Assembly: GCA_012295275.1 (NCBI GenBank)
Contig: CM022674.1
Span: forward strand, 9,858,001 to 9,922,000
Length of the DNA: 64,000 nucleotides
Direction of reading: 5' to 3'
DNA from: Chrysomallon squamiferum
Lineage: Eukaryota > Animalia > Mollusca
Positions within the stretch are counted from its first letter, which is position 1, and every line of letters begins with the position of its first letter. Shown piece after piece: positions 14,526 through 34,980 of the stretch. The notes below the pieces were generated by a model, which made no database searches, was not told where the DNA came from, and was given only the letters and a program-made list of their open reading frames with translations. The translations under genes were made by a program, and so were the position numbers.

Positions 14526-20378
<5,853 letters not shown>

Positions 20379-21039
20379 ATAAACATGACTTCTTAGGAAA
20401 TATATGTTTTATATTTTTATCTCTCTTATCGTATAAAAGAAATAAAGTTAACATTTTTTTAAATGACATGTATTTGTTTTATTCTAATTAATGATTATGA
20501 GCGATAACTCAGTTATAAGGAAAGAAAGAAATAATACTTTATGTATCTGCATGCAAAATACATAGATCACATTTTTATCTCTTTTCCGTGTTTTATACAC
20601 GGTGACTCTGAAAACGATGATCATAACTATCTATATATAAACTGTTCTATTCGGATATTTAAATTTAATTACATTAAAAAAAAATTGTAATTTATAGATT
20701 TCTAATATGTTCAACAACAAAGAAAAGAGAGAATACAAAAGCACAGTAATAGAATGAAAATCTTTATTATTATACAAATAATAGTATGATTTAGGCCGGA
20801 AGTCTGTCAAGACCGGAAGTCTCTCATAACCGGAAATCCTTCATTAAACTGAATCCCATAGGAAGAAAATTTGTGCATTAAAAAAGTTTCATTCGTCATA
20901 ATATATCAGATTTTCATATAATTATTTATTAAAAACTATAAAAATTACAAAGCAGATCTATTTTGTCTTCTATAAAAACTTATAAATACACATGCTGGGA
21001 TTCCAATATTCTGGGAATTTTTAAAATGATCGAAAGTTC

Positions 21040-23276
21040 TTAAGGCTTCCGGCCTTGACCTTGATTGTCTCTTGATCCTATAGTTTGACTGTTAGCTCCT
21101 TGGTTACTGAGTCCTGGTTGGTCAGTGTTGACAACTGCTGGATCATAGTATGGATAATAGTATGACGGATCATACATCTGTTCATTCTGTATTTTGTTCC
21201 CTCCCTGCACAGCCGGCGCACCTTTCTTCAACATCTTGGCCTGTTGTTCTCTGAGAGCTTTCTGCTGCTGTAAGAGACGCTGTTGTTGTTCTGCCTCCAT
21301 CTCTTGAATAACTGTCTCTAAATCACGATCTGGAATGTGAATTTTAGTGAAGATGAACATTTATAATAATTAAATACAAGAATGTTGTAAATAACTCGTA
21401 GCTGTAAATATGTCTAGATGTCTATCTGAGAAGACTGTTTTCGGAAAACAGACTGTTCTTTTAATTAGTTACTTACATCGTGTCATATCTGGAGCCAATG
21501 GATCACTGCGTATGTTACTCCAAAACACGCTGATGTTGTAAACAACGGTGGCACTGGATGAAAATAAAACAAGTTTTTAAACTGATTTGATTATGAATAT
21601 CAATTAGGTTTCATTTCAAATCTTGCGTATACTGATAATGTTAGAAATGCCTTTAGAAGTAACAAATATATCGAATAACTGAAACTTTTGTCTGGAAATA
21701 AGAAAATGCGTCGTTTTGGTAATTCTTTATAACCAAAACAGAAAACGCTAAACATTTATTTCCTTCTTTTCAAAGACATGACAAACTGAAAATTTGAGGA
21801 ATAATAAAATGGTACGAATCAATATTATCAGTAATAAGAGTATGTGATTATGCTTTCAGTTAACAATACACATACAAAATATTTTATAGTATTGTATGTA
21901 GAAAATAACTAATACAAACAATTAACTAAAATTACTATTAGTATACTTATATAAAAAAATATATAAAATGTAGTTAAAACAGCCGTTTAAACCATAAAAA
22001 CTACTATACTTACACAAACTGAATATTTCCAACATGAGCGCGTTTTGGCGGCGTCCAGACTAAAGTAATTGATGTTTTGGAGCTGTTGTCAACGTGAGTC
22101 ATGCCGCAGCTTGGTACAGCTTTCTCTCCAGTGGTAGTGTTGAGAACGCTGCCGTCAAACATTCCTGTTGTCGTATCAGCCGTTATAAAAAAACCTTTGA
22201 AGGGTACACCTCCGCCATGAAGAGTGACTATAACGTAAAACGAAATTTTTATTATAATATGCTGCATTCTGTGATACTGCTTTGTTTTATGATTTATAAA
22301 TACAGAAGTTTTCCTTTGTTTGTTTTTGTTTTTGTTTTAATTTTACTTTTTGAAAACGAAATGAAGTGTGTAAGAAATCACACGTTCCTCACATATAAAA
22401 TAAGAAAATATTTAATATAAAGAGAATTTAAAACGAATGTGTAGTGTGGCATAGTATAATAATTTGTGGGAATAAATTACAAAATAAATTAATTAGTTAA
22501 TAAGATAGAAATATTATCAGACGAAAAAAATAATACAGTAACTAATGTAATAATACAGTAACACTATAAATAATTTATAATAAGGAGTTTTTACATTTTG
22601 TAAATCGTTATCTAAATGTATAGAGAAGAATGAAAATATGTTCATAATGTATACTTTAAGTCACTGTGGAAAACTACAGTGAAATGTGTAAATTTCTATT
22701 GAAACTGTAATTAACGGTAGTGTTTATAACTTCAGGAAAATTAATAGTCTTTTTTATATATTTCTGCAAAATTTTGACAAGTCTTTAAAATTGTAACAAG
22801 GAAAAAAATCCTGTTTAGTCCCTATGGTTTCAGGCAAATCTAAGAAAAAATAAACCGTTGTTTCGGCTGTTGTTTCGATTTTCTTTTATTCCTTTTATAT
22901 TATTATTTATTTATTTATTTATTTATTTATTGTTATTACTTTAATTTTATAGAACAGTTTATTTATCTTGTTAACGACAGATTCAACACGAAAATCTTCT
23001 ACATATTTATTCATAACTTCAAATTATCAGGCATGTAAATAGACATGGAAGTTAAATAATAAATAAATAAAACAACTTACTTGAAATTGGCTCTTCTGGT
23101 TGATACACGTCTGTGACATTCAGAACAAATTTGTATGGGGGTGGTTTGTTATTGGGCAGATAACCCTCATGCACCGGCCGATTAAACGTACCCGCACACA
23201 GAAAACTTGGTGCACCATTCCGATAGGCGGAAACTGATGCAAAAATAAAACTTGTCAAAAGTACGAAAACTAACAT
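21040..23276 (-). CDS. Secreted Reeler-domain protein (putative defense-protein-like) with Gln-rich and Tyr-rich C-terminal tail, 4 exons, 258 aa
   Basis: Exons 23276-23081, 22227-22014, 21553-21477, 21329-21040; total 777 nt, phases consistent. Signal peptide then AYRNGAP..C..P.H, PFKGFFITA, GMTHVDNSSKTSITLVWTPP, IQFVATVV...FW, which is the Reeler domain pattern. Confidence 0.88.
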
Positions 23277-23314
23277 TTTTTCTTTTCCAAGTACAAAAGC
23301 TTTTTTTTTTCTTT

Positions 23315-23345
<31 letters not shown>

Positions 23346-23621
23346 GTATTAATATTTTTTGAGTTATTATAAAAATAAATACAAAACGGCAGAGAACAAC
23401 ACGTTTGTCCAACGCTCAAAGAGAATGACTACCTAGTACTGTCTTAGTATATATTTATCTGGCGGCAAAGGAAGAGCTAAGTCGTCAGAATGATAAAGTG
23501 AATGTCATCAGTCAAATCATGTGACAGCGGCTGTGACGACTTGCATGGGATGTTGACCTGTGCATGCACGCACATCAACACAAACGACGAAGTAAACAAT
23601 GAATGCAGTTTTAATAACATC

Positions 23622-23806
<185 letters not shown>

Positions 23807-24320
23807 GTTTTATTTATTCAAATGCCATGTTTATTACTTCTGTTCATTAAACAATATTAAATAACATTCATTACATAAGAAAACGAAGAATGAAAATGTA
23901 TACTACGTATTAATATCTGTATTTATAACCTGGTCAGACTAGCTAGATGTTAAATAAGATTGGACAAATGTGTTACGTATTCATTATTATTCACAGCAGG
24001 GTTAGACGTGTATATTACATGACAAACAGATGACATGTCTGACAGATGCTTAACGCTAAACGCATCGCTTATATAATAATAATAATGACAATGTTGATGA
24101 TTGTGACGATAACATAAAGGATAAGACTACATTAGTAGAAACAAAGCCTGAAGTAGCAATATACTGGTAATAGTTGTAACCTTTCTGGTAGATATATAAA
24201 GGGATTTATAGTTGTTGTTGTAACTGTAATATCAGTAATTCCAAACATAATACTAAGTTTATATGTTTATTGGAAATATTGTTCTAATTTGTTTTCTGGG
24301 AGGGGGTTTATGTTGATATT

Positions 24321-24356
<36 letters not shown>

Positions 24357-24565
24357 CGCGCGCGCGCGTATAGAGACGATGAATTCAGTACACGTAATTC
24401 TGATATTGTAAAGAGCGGTGAGTTGAGAAATAAAACAGTTAATTTATGTAGTTTTTATGTTATTTAGGATTTCCGGGCAAGAGACATATACCAGCTTTAT
24501 CCTGCTCACGATATATATATATGTATATTTCATTTGAAAAATAATTAAACTATCAGCCTGCCCAA

Positions 24566-24752
<187 letters not shown>

Positions 24753-25648
24753 ATCTTTAAGATATTAAAAGTGCGTCAAAAGTTACACAGTTCAAAAAAC
24801 AAGCTATTCATAACAAACCGTGACAACATGACAGAAAAAAATAACTGGAAGCAGTAGTTAAATAAAACAAAGTCAAAGGCAAAATAAAAGCGAAGTCTGA
24901 ACGTGAACAAAATAAAGGCCATTTATAAATTTACGTTGACGACCTCATCTATCAAACTTTCTAAAACTGGCGCTGAGTTCCCAGTCTTGGTTTTTCGACC
25001 ACACGAACAATACATTGACGTCATTCAGATATGACGACAGATCATAGCCTCGAGAAACGCCCTGAAAATGCACAGTGCAATACGTTATAAAACACATTAA
25101 TTATGCTATTAAAGGATTTCGGAAACTGACAGAGATATGCTATTGATAATACATTTAGCCTGGGGATAAATCTACTCCCTTCCTTGTTAAATAAAGAAAG
25201 CATTTAAAAAAAAAGAAACTTAAAAAAAAAAAAAACATTGAGTCACGATTGTTATATTTATTTCTTGTTAATATTATTCAGATCCACTGACACTAATTTC
25301 TTTCTCTTTCTTTTTTGTTCTTTTTTTCACATAGCATATATTCATGCTTTAACTCTGCGATAATTTGTTTTATATAACTGTCTTGAAGGTTAATAGGCCA
25401 TTTTATATCCATTTTCTACACCTGGAATATCTTTTTAAAAGTATTCCGTGAAGACAGAAAATCTACATACAACACACTTTCATTATTGTCATTAGATAGA
25501 AGTAGTGCTGGATTAAGTTTATTTGTCCTTGACATTAGTAGACTTTAGTACATAATTCGTTTAACTTTATTAGTAATACTATAGCCATCTATATCTATTT
25601 CACTGTTCGGTAATAATTCAAAAATCATTTTTGCTATAATTACTGCCT

Positions 25649-25696
<48 letters not shown>

Positions 25697-25948
25697 TGTG
25701 GGTGTGTGTGTGGGTGTGTGGGTGTGTGTGTGAGATATTATCTCATTTATTAGAACATGTATTACTATTATCAGCATATATTTGTTGTTTTCTTTTCCCT
25801 TGCTCATATATTAAGATTTTATAATGGTTTTTGTAAAAACGCCACTAATACTGCGGCTGCTGCTGGTACTGCTACTATATTAATGCAACATTTATTGTTG
25901 TGATTGTTTCTTTAACATCATTATCATTTTTTCTTCTTCTTCTTCTTC

Positions 25949-26010
<62 letters not shown>

Positions 26011-26624
26011 GTCGCTAACCTCTAGATCACAACAGAACAAAAGGAAGAGTAAACTATTGGTCAGTGACCGAATGATATGAAGTTTTCTTATCACATAATA
26101 AATAACAGACGAGTATTGTAGAAGGTTAGAAACTAAAAGAGTGTGTATTCACATAAATATTTATTACTACGTTGGTATATGTCACCATAGTTTATCTACA
26201 GTCTGTGTTACTGCATTTCAATAATAAAAAATAAGTATTGTCTAGGTATTATTTAGCTATGCTAACACTAAAAAATTAAAATTAAATAAGTTATATCAGA
26301 ACATTGTAAATACCATTCAAACAATTGTTTATGACGATTAATAAATGTTTTCTATAGCAAAAATGTGTCATTCATTTTTCAGTTATACAAGAACAGTGCA
26401 TGACTAATTGTAATTATTCATGTTAGATAAAGTAGAGGTAATATAAATTGATTAAAATTTCACAATTTAAACTACAAAATATATAACAATTACAGTTATG
26501 AATACTGTCGAATTAAAATAAAAGTTACATTCGTCTAGTGTTATCACTAAATTACTGTGATTAAAATTAAAATGTTCTTCCTTCTTTTCATTGTGATTAT
26601 ATAAGTTATGTTTGAAGGTAAAAG

Positions 26625-27254
26625 CTAAGAACTTAAGAAAATAAACATATCTATGATACATAACAATACAGAGAGACACATAAATAAATTAGTTACAGCA
26701 GACAAACTCAGACTGGCGGCTGACCGGGAAGTATCCAGGTTTGGATTGAAATCAAAGCAATTGCTGTTCTTAACTTTAAATAGTCGGTCCACGCAAAACC
26801 CGCGTCCATCCGAATACAAGTCACGAATTTTTGAGCCTTTCAAGATGGCGCTTTGACACGCAGAATACCAGGCATCACAGAATCTTTCGCAGACGACTAA
26901 TCTCTCTCTGAAATAAAATATATTCTGGTTTGGCGCGCATATATAGCACATTAGATAGTTGGTGTAGCGCTGACACGTTTCCGAAGCTCCACGAAGCGGT
27001 TTCACGCGACCGAACGTTGCCGCAATTTCTTCCTGACGACAGCAACTATTGTCCTTGAACCACGTGCAGTTTTTCAGACCTGGCTGAATTTCAGGAGCTC
27101 TGTTGTTGAAGAACGTACAAAACTGAAGTTCCGTTTTCACAACATCGGCAGGCAGAACTCGATACGCTAAGAACGACAAGACGAAGATAGCGCATTTCAG
27201 CACAGAATCAAACGTTACCATTTTTGCTGAATTATTGATCGTTCCTTGGTTCAT
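26625..27254 (-). CDS. Folate-receptor/riboflavin-binding-protein fold protein, single coding exon, signal peptide and probable GPI signal
   Basis: 209-aa ORF with cysteine pattern C..P.IQPGLKNCTWFKDNSCC...C...CYICAP...VCERFCDAWYSAC...FC...CF, typical of the Folate_rec family. Hydrophobic N-terminus (the second Met, MVTF, may be the real start). Hydrophobic C-terminus follows small residues (TSRSAAS). Confidence 0.82.
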   Translation of the reverse strand: MNQGTINNSAKMVTFDSVLKCAIFVLSFLAYRVLPADVVKTELQFCTFFNNRAPEIQPGLKNCTWFKDNSCCRQEEIAATFGRVKPLRGASETCQRYTNYLMCYICAPNQNIFYFRERLVVCERFCDAWYSACQSAILKGSKIRDLYSDGRGFCVDRLFKVKNSNCFDFNPNLDTSRSAASLSLSAVTNLFMCLSVLLCIIDMFIFLSS

Positions 27255-27804
27255 CTAAAAAGGAATGTTTCCCGATCTCTGTTAGTTCAGTCAAAAGACC
27301 ATTTTGTCCTCCTATTAAATAACATTTGTGAAGATACGCTTTGTGTTGTATACACAAACACTCCATATCCATAAACCTCACAACAGATAGTTTTTAGATA
27401 TAGCAGTTTCGCTCATCTTTTCTTCAGTACCATTATCGATTTATTGATTTTGGGAAATATTCGGGTCTTGTCGCCTTAGTTCGAGAAATTTCGTCTGTTC
27501 GCGTGATGTAGTTTCATCCAGCTTTCGTGACTGGAATGTCGATACTGCCGATAAAAAGGTACTATCAATTAACTTTTTTTGTTAATTTGTTTTATTTTAT
27601 TTTATTTTATTATATATTATATATTATATATTATTTTATTTTATTGTATTTATTTGTTTTTATGTTTAGACGATTCCAAGTCGATAAACGAAGAGGCAGA
27701 CCCACAGAGATTGAGTTTCACATCACTGAAAATATTAAATATTGATTATGCGTATGTATCTCTGTGTGTGTGAGAGAGAGAGGTTAGAAATATGTTTGTG
27801 TGAG

Positions 27805-27884
<80 letters not shown>

Positions 27885-30078
27885 TACATAAATTAAATAC
27901 ATCTACAATTCTCTCAAAATATTTTTGTCGTTCCAAAATATAAATACGTATCAGAAAAATTACACAAAATATAACAACATTAATAATAATAGTAAGCTAA
28001 ATCTTGAAAAAAAACATAATGTATCTGTATAATTATAGGTATTGTTCAAACAAGGAATTAGTATGGACGTTAGTTTGGCTTCATATATGTAGACATTACT
28101 AATATGAAGACTTAATAGTCTTTTATATATTTATATATTTATTTATGTATTATTATTATTATTATTGTTGTTGTTGTTGTTGTTGTTGTCATTATCTCTT
28201 CTTTTTTTCTTTTCTTTCTTTTATTTTTTTTTATTTTTCATTTTTCATTTTTATTTTTATTTTTATTTTTTTGCCTCGGGGCTTTTACTTACGTATTTAA
28301 GTCGTAATTTAACTTGAATTTTATTTTTATCGGTTTATGAAATCAGACTAACGATAGGAAATTTCCGTCAGTAAATGTCATTAGTTTAGAAACCTGCGGT
28401 GATAGTGGAGTGGAGGGCTGACAAACGTAAATAGCAAATCAGAATTAGTAGGTACTAACAAAAACAATAATAAAAAAAACCGCGAAATACAGGACGTAAC
28501 AAGTGAAATTTTAGAACTATAGCCTTGCCGAAAGAGAACTAGGTCTGGGTAACAATTATTATGTTCTGTAACTGGCCGATTCCATGATTGATCATCATAC
28601 TTTTTATTTTTTTATTTTTTTTTAACTGTTTATCCACCCCTCAGATCTGGATTAAAACTTTGAACAGATGTGAATTAATGTAGCTTTTGGGAACTCGCCG
28701 GGATTAATTGCCATGAAGCTCGAGTTTCATTAATTTAATGATCCGCTCCTAATTTCTAGTAAATATAGACGATTTCGGTTGTACTGTTTATTTGATAATT
28801 TTCAACATGAATAGAAAAGAATGTATGTATATATATATGTGTATGTATGTATGTATGTATGTGTGTATGTCGGAGTACGTGCGCGTGTGTGTGAAACGAC
28901 GGTAGTTCTTTATTTACAAGGGTTCCCACTAATGATTGTCACTTGATTATACTGTATGCGAGATCAGTTATATTCTATTACTATTGTTTTATTTTAAAAT
29001 TATTTTAAAGTTTTCTAAACATTAAGGGAATGATGGATTAGGGAGAGATAAACACAATGAATGCTACCAACAAGATGCGATTTAATAGTCACACATCGTA
29101 GTTATAAAACTAGAATTTTATTCATTATGGTAAGATTCATAATGCGAAAGGCGACGTTAAGAAAGATCAGGTGAAATGGCCATGCACAGATGTATTTTCC
29201 ACACGCGACATAATCCCTTGACGTGCTAGAAAAAATCAAACTTGTAATCTTAGAGTATCACACTGAGAAATTTTAATTTTAAAAATAACTATTTATCATA
29301 AATGTTGATTTCTAAAATATTTATAATATAATTTAAAATCATATTAAAACTCATACAATTTATTTTATTAGAATATCATATTATTCATAAAATCCATTTT
29401 AACAATGTTTAAAACCCTGCAAACTTACTTTTTAATCAGTTGAAAGAAATTCACAGATAAATCAGTGAACAGCATATGGACAATATTTCAGAAAAAGAGG
29501 TTTATAACTATTACATTATACTTTCATAATTACATGCTTGACACAAAATCCGTGGCAATAAAACATAATAATAGCTGTGTCAGTATTGAATCAGATATAC
29601 AATGAATCTGTTTACAGTAAAAACAGAAAATAAAACTAATTTTCAATAATTTGTTTTATTCTTTGCTTATTTAGCACTATTATTAAAACAATTTGAACAA
29701 AAATGTTTTAAAATTATAGTTACAGCATAGTAATGTGAATTAATATTAAAAGTTCGAGAAAAAATAAAATAAAAAATATTAATGTTGATCAATTTTAAAG
29801 ATAATTATTTCCATGATTTTTACTGAATTTATAAATCGGTCTAAAGTTCAAAAAAAGAAAATATAGTATACTATAAGCAACCATAAATCAAACACATTTA
29901 ACAAAAAGAAAATGTAATTGAAGACAAACTTTTGCTAGTTGGTATTTCAAAACAGAATAACTGGCAGACAATGTATACATTCCTGGCATCCCAAAAGTAA
30001 ATAATAAGCTGAGTTTATTAACATGTTGTATGAAAAGACAAAGTAACACTGTAGTTTTAAAAGTGACATACAACACAC

Positions 30079-33000
30079 TCAGGGCAAAGCTTTAGCTTCT
30101 TTACTGTATGTCATCATCATCTTCTTAATCTCTCCAATAGCACGTCCTGGGTTCAATCCCTGAAATCAAAACAACTGATCAGACATGGTTTTTTCATTCA
30201 CCTATATACATATACAGTGGTACCTTGACTTACAAGTGCCCCAACTTAAGAGTTGTTCAAGTTAAGAGCAGTCACCCATTCAATTTTTTGATATCCATTG
30301 AATCAAAGCTTGAATTAGTTGACTTGACTAGGCAGTACAAGCATGGTACTTCTACGATATGTGCCATACTGATGCTGAAGGAGTCAATAAAGTCTGTAAC
30401 TCCAACCAAAGGCTTTAAAATAATTTGTCTGATCTCCAAGATAAATACACTTTACAAAGCCATGTTTTCTTTACATTCTCTTTTATTTTGTTTTTATACA
30501 ATATTTGTTATTTATAAATATATTTTTCTTATTTACATTACTTAAAATAAAAACAATAAAATGGGGTGTTTTTTGTGGGGCTGGAATAGACTAATGGTAT
30601 TTCAATTAATTTCAGTGGAAAATTGATTTTATATACAAGAAAACTGAGTTATGAGCTTGGTCACAGAACGAATTAAACTCATAAGGTACCACAGTATTTT
30701 TAAACAATGATAAAACAAACATTAAAAGTAATCTTAACATTATAAACCAAATGAATTTACAAATGAGAAAAAAGAAAAACAAAGAAAGAAAAACAAAAGA
30801 AAAAGAAAACAAGAATACTTCAGCAGAGTTTAAGAAAGAAAAATAAAGAAAAACAGCCTAATAAAATATGCTGTTTACAATACTTAATTTGTTTATAATT
30901 TTTCACCTTGTAATTATTATCAACAACTATGGATCAATATATAATGAACTGTTAGATTAAAACTGTTTCAGACAGGTCTGTATGATGTTATATATAAACA
31001 TGGTATAATTTTATTTTCTATGTTAATTACACTAAGATACTAGATATACAATAGCATATGATAATAATAATAATAAAAAAAAAAATTATTGGAAAAAAGC
31101 AGATTACTGACCTTTGGACATGTCTTGGTGCAGTTCATGATAGTGTGACAGCGAAACACAGAAAAACTGTCTTCCAACTGAGCCAAACGTTCATCTCGGT
31201 AATCATCTCTTGAGTCAATCATCCATCTGAATTTTAAATAGAAAAATAAATTTCAGACTGTAACAGCTCTAAGACTTCAGCAAACTAATTTCATATAGTT
31301 ATAAATAGAGTTATAGAAAAGAGTCTTCAGGAATCCAACATGTATTTCTTATTATTTTCTTCATTTTTCACAGTATTTAAACTGTTTCAGTGCAGTTATA
31401 AAACTAGGTTGCAGCTCAATAAAGGTCTAACTGCTGAGTTAATTATGTTGTTTGAAAACAATGTAGTCACAATCAGATATACAGAGAGGTTGGTAAGCTC
31501 AGTGAACAGAGTAAAGATGAAGAAATATCTAACCTGTAAGCTTGCATCAGGACAGCTGGGCCAAGATATTTGTCAGAATTCCACCAGTAGCTGGGACATG
31601 AAGTACTGCAGCATGCACACAGAATGCATTCATACAGGCCATCCTGTGAGAAGCACAAAACAGTATTTCTATCAACATTTCATTTATTAAACTCAAGATC
31701 TGACAGAAAATGGAAATGGAAATGAAAATTAGATAAATGAATCTTAGTAAGCACGTATATGCAAACAAACAAAAACACTCACAATCACTGGGTTATTGTT
31801 TAGTATACCAGTTATTATTTATATCACATTTAACAAATCAGTTAAGAGTAACATTTAAAACACCAAAAAGCTTATAAAATTGAAACAATTTTAGAATAAT
31901 TATTTAAGAATGGTAACAGTTCAAGTGACACTAACCAGTTTAGCACGATCCTCAACACTCTGTAACTGTGAAACCTTTCCAATATCCGACTCTGACTGGC
32001 CTTTTTTCATCAGATACGGTTCAATGGAGCGATACTGAGCATAGAAATTAGTCATGTCCTGATCATAAAAAGAAAAATTAAATATTAAAAATAATTATAT
32101 CAAGAATTTTAAAGAAACTAAATAACACTGAAAATATTTTGAAACATTATTATGTCAATAGTTTTGATCCATGAGACCAATAAAAAATAAATTGTTTGTT
32201 CATGGTATGTTTATTTTTAAACATTTATAGATACAGTATCCACTTAAAAGTGATACAAATTTTTAATTTTATTCACAATAAAATGATAATATTTATGATA
32301 AAATACTTTTTAGTATTTTTAATTTTTATTTTCATTGTTTTTAATATTACAAAGCTGACAGATGTCTTTTGTTTTGCTAAAACCAGTAAGTACTGGCACA
32401 GTTAGGAGATTTAAAAACTTATACTTACAGGAACAAGATCCTTCACAACATACATGTGAGGCAGTGGGTAAACTGTCAAAGTCTTGTTAGTGTTTGGATT
32501 TATTTTACTGAAAATAAAATATTTTAAATTTTAATAACAATTAATCAAGAACAATTTTAATTGAAGTCAGTATTGAGTATATACAAAAAACCATTATAAA
32601 TACTTGCAAAAAAATAAAACTGAAATAAATTTAAAAATTTACTAATTTAAAGAAGAGAAAGATAAAAAGAAAAAACATTTCACTGAAAAATTATAGTATT
32701 ACTGATACTACAAATCCATGATTTTAAAAAGGGAATTGAATAAATATTCTTTATAAAGAAAAGAAGTATATATATACAGATGCACATACACACACACATA
32801 TTATATCACTACACTCAATCAAAAGCTACGTCTGTACAATAATAAAATTTAACAAATTGAAAATAACACTATGTTGTTTCAGTGAAATAAAAAGTGAAAG
32901 GTGTATTTGACAACCACTCACTAAATGCATGCTAGTGTATTTGTTCCTTCAATAGTCATAGCACATGACCCACAGATACCTTCACGACATGACCTTCTAA

Positions 33001-33892
33001 ATGTCAAAGTTGGATCTACTTCATTTTTAATCTTTATCAGAGCATCCAAAACCATAGGTCCACATCTAAAAAAATTATTATTATCCAGAACAGTATCAAT
33101 AAAATAATATTCAAACATCAAAAGTGTATCATTTTTTTAAAAACATTTAAAGGACATATAATGTTAAAACAAAACATTAAAATAAATCAGTCCTGTCATA
33201 CATCTTAAAATATATACATGTATTTAGGTAAGCAAAATGACTAGAACATCATTCATGTGAATGAAATCACCACACAACACACACACAACCATGTTACTTC
33301 TCAGTATCACAGTTCAACATTCTCTTTACATTGATAATTGTGTAACAGTTTATTGTAGGTACAGAAATTTGTCACATTCATCTTGTACTCCACTGCTAGT
33401 ACTAGTTAATACTGGGAACATGTACTGAAGTGTACTAAATATTTTAAACGTACTGGTTCAGATCAACTTCAAATGTCTGCATTTTTGGTTTGTCTCCTTT
33501 CTTGTCTGGATCCTAAAAATAGTTACAAAAATGGTTCACTTTCAAAACATTAAAACTTTTAGCACAGCATTTATTTAAATATGAACAGTTTGAATTAGTT
33601 ATGTAAATTCAATAATTTTCCATTTATCTTTACTTAAAAAGATATGTTTTTAATTTACAATAAACTTTAAGAATAATTATTAATTATGATTAATTTTTGA
33701 AATACACATACCCATCTGTATACTGAAACTTTCTTTATTCTTGGTTGTGTTTGTGATGCTGCTGCAGTAGCTGTCTGAGCACATCGTTTCTGTTAATGAA
33801 TAAAAATAATCAGGAAATAAAATTAAATATTAATTTTGGTTTATGATAATATAGATTTCTATGACAGTTTTATTTTTTATTTTTTGTTTTTG

Positions 33893-33965
<73 letters not shown>

Positions 33966-34491
33966 TTTATTTATTAAACTTTATAATATATAATCTGAGT
34001 AATAAACAGTTTATCTTCTTGAAGGTTACCACACAGAATACTGATAACAATTATATCTACAAGTAAAGTGTAATTATATTTATACATTATCATTGTGACT
34101 GTCAATCATGTGCCATTAAACTGAGTGAGACTGGATTTGTAACTTTGTTATTATTTTTATTCTGAAATAATTACAGATTCATGTGAGAATTAAAATAATA
34201 ATTTAACTGATGAAACATAATATTTTTATTAATGCGATGCTATTTAAATGAAACAAAACAACTCATTGTAAGGTTAAGGTCATTTCGACATTTGCTTCAG
34301 TTCTATGAAGGTTACGCAAAGCAAACGATATTATTATTTGCATATACTTATTTGGCAAGCAAGGTATTTTGATAAGAAAATCACGAATCATCTGAAGCTA
34401 TACACAAAATTAATAATTTTAAAAGTACCTGGAAAAGTTGTATAGCAGCTTTCTTGACCGAAAACCGGACAAGGTTGCTGGTGTTTGCCAT
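30079..34491 (-). CDS. SDHB: Succinate dehydrogenase iron-sulfur subunit, mitochondrial, 9 exons, 283 aa
   Basis: Exons 34491-34429, 33789-33712, 33512-33454, 33065-32922, 32507-32429, 32058-31936, 31643-31534, 31226-31112, 30159-30079; total 852 nt. Hallmarks [89 protein letters not shown], plus a basic mitochondrial presequence. Confidence 0.98.
30215..30694 (+). mobile_element. Internally deleted Tigger/pogo (Tc1-mariner superfamily) DNA transposon in SDHB intron 8
   Basis: TA|CAGTGGTACCTT ... AAGGTACCACAG|TA gives terminal inverted repeats (one mismatch) with a TA target duplication. The internal frame [41 protein letters not shown] resembles the CENP-B-type HTH of Tigger transposases. 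Confidence 0.8.
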
Positions 34492-34934
34492 CTTCACCAG
34501 CAAGGTAACAAGGTCACATAGGTATCAGCTTCCGGAAGACTGGTATTTGGCCCAACCACAACTGCACAAACACAACAACACAATCCACGCGCTCACTCAC
34601 ATTCTATTTAGCAGTTTATCAGTTTATCTCATAAATCCAAAAATCCTCAGAACATTTAGCAATTATTATTATTAGGATTACATCTATTTAAAGCATATAT
34701 AATTATATTAAATAACAAAGGGTAAGCCCACCATCATTATAATATTAATTCCATAAACAAAGTAAAATAATAATATAACAACTTTATAAAAGGGATGCTA
34801 AGATAAACATATTTATTGTACTTAATTTGAGATTAAAAATAAAATAAATAAAATCTATCGAAAATAAAAGTGAAAACGGACTCTAATCGCTACATGAAGA
34901 AACATACCACATAATCCAAATAAATTAATAAATC

Positions 34935-34980
<46 letters not shown>

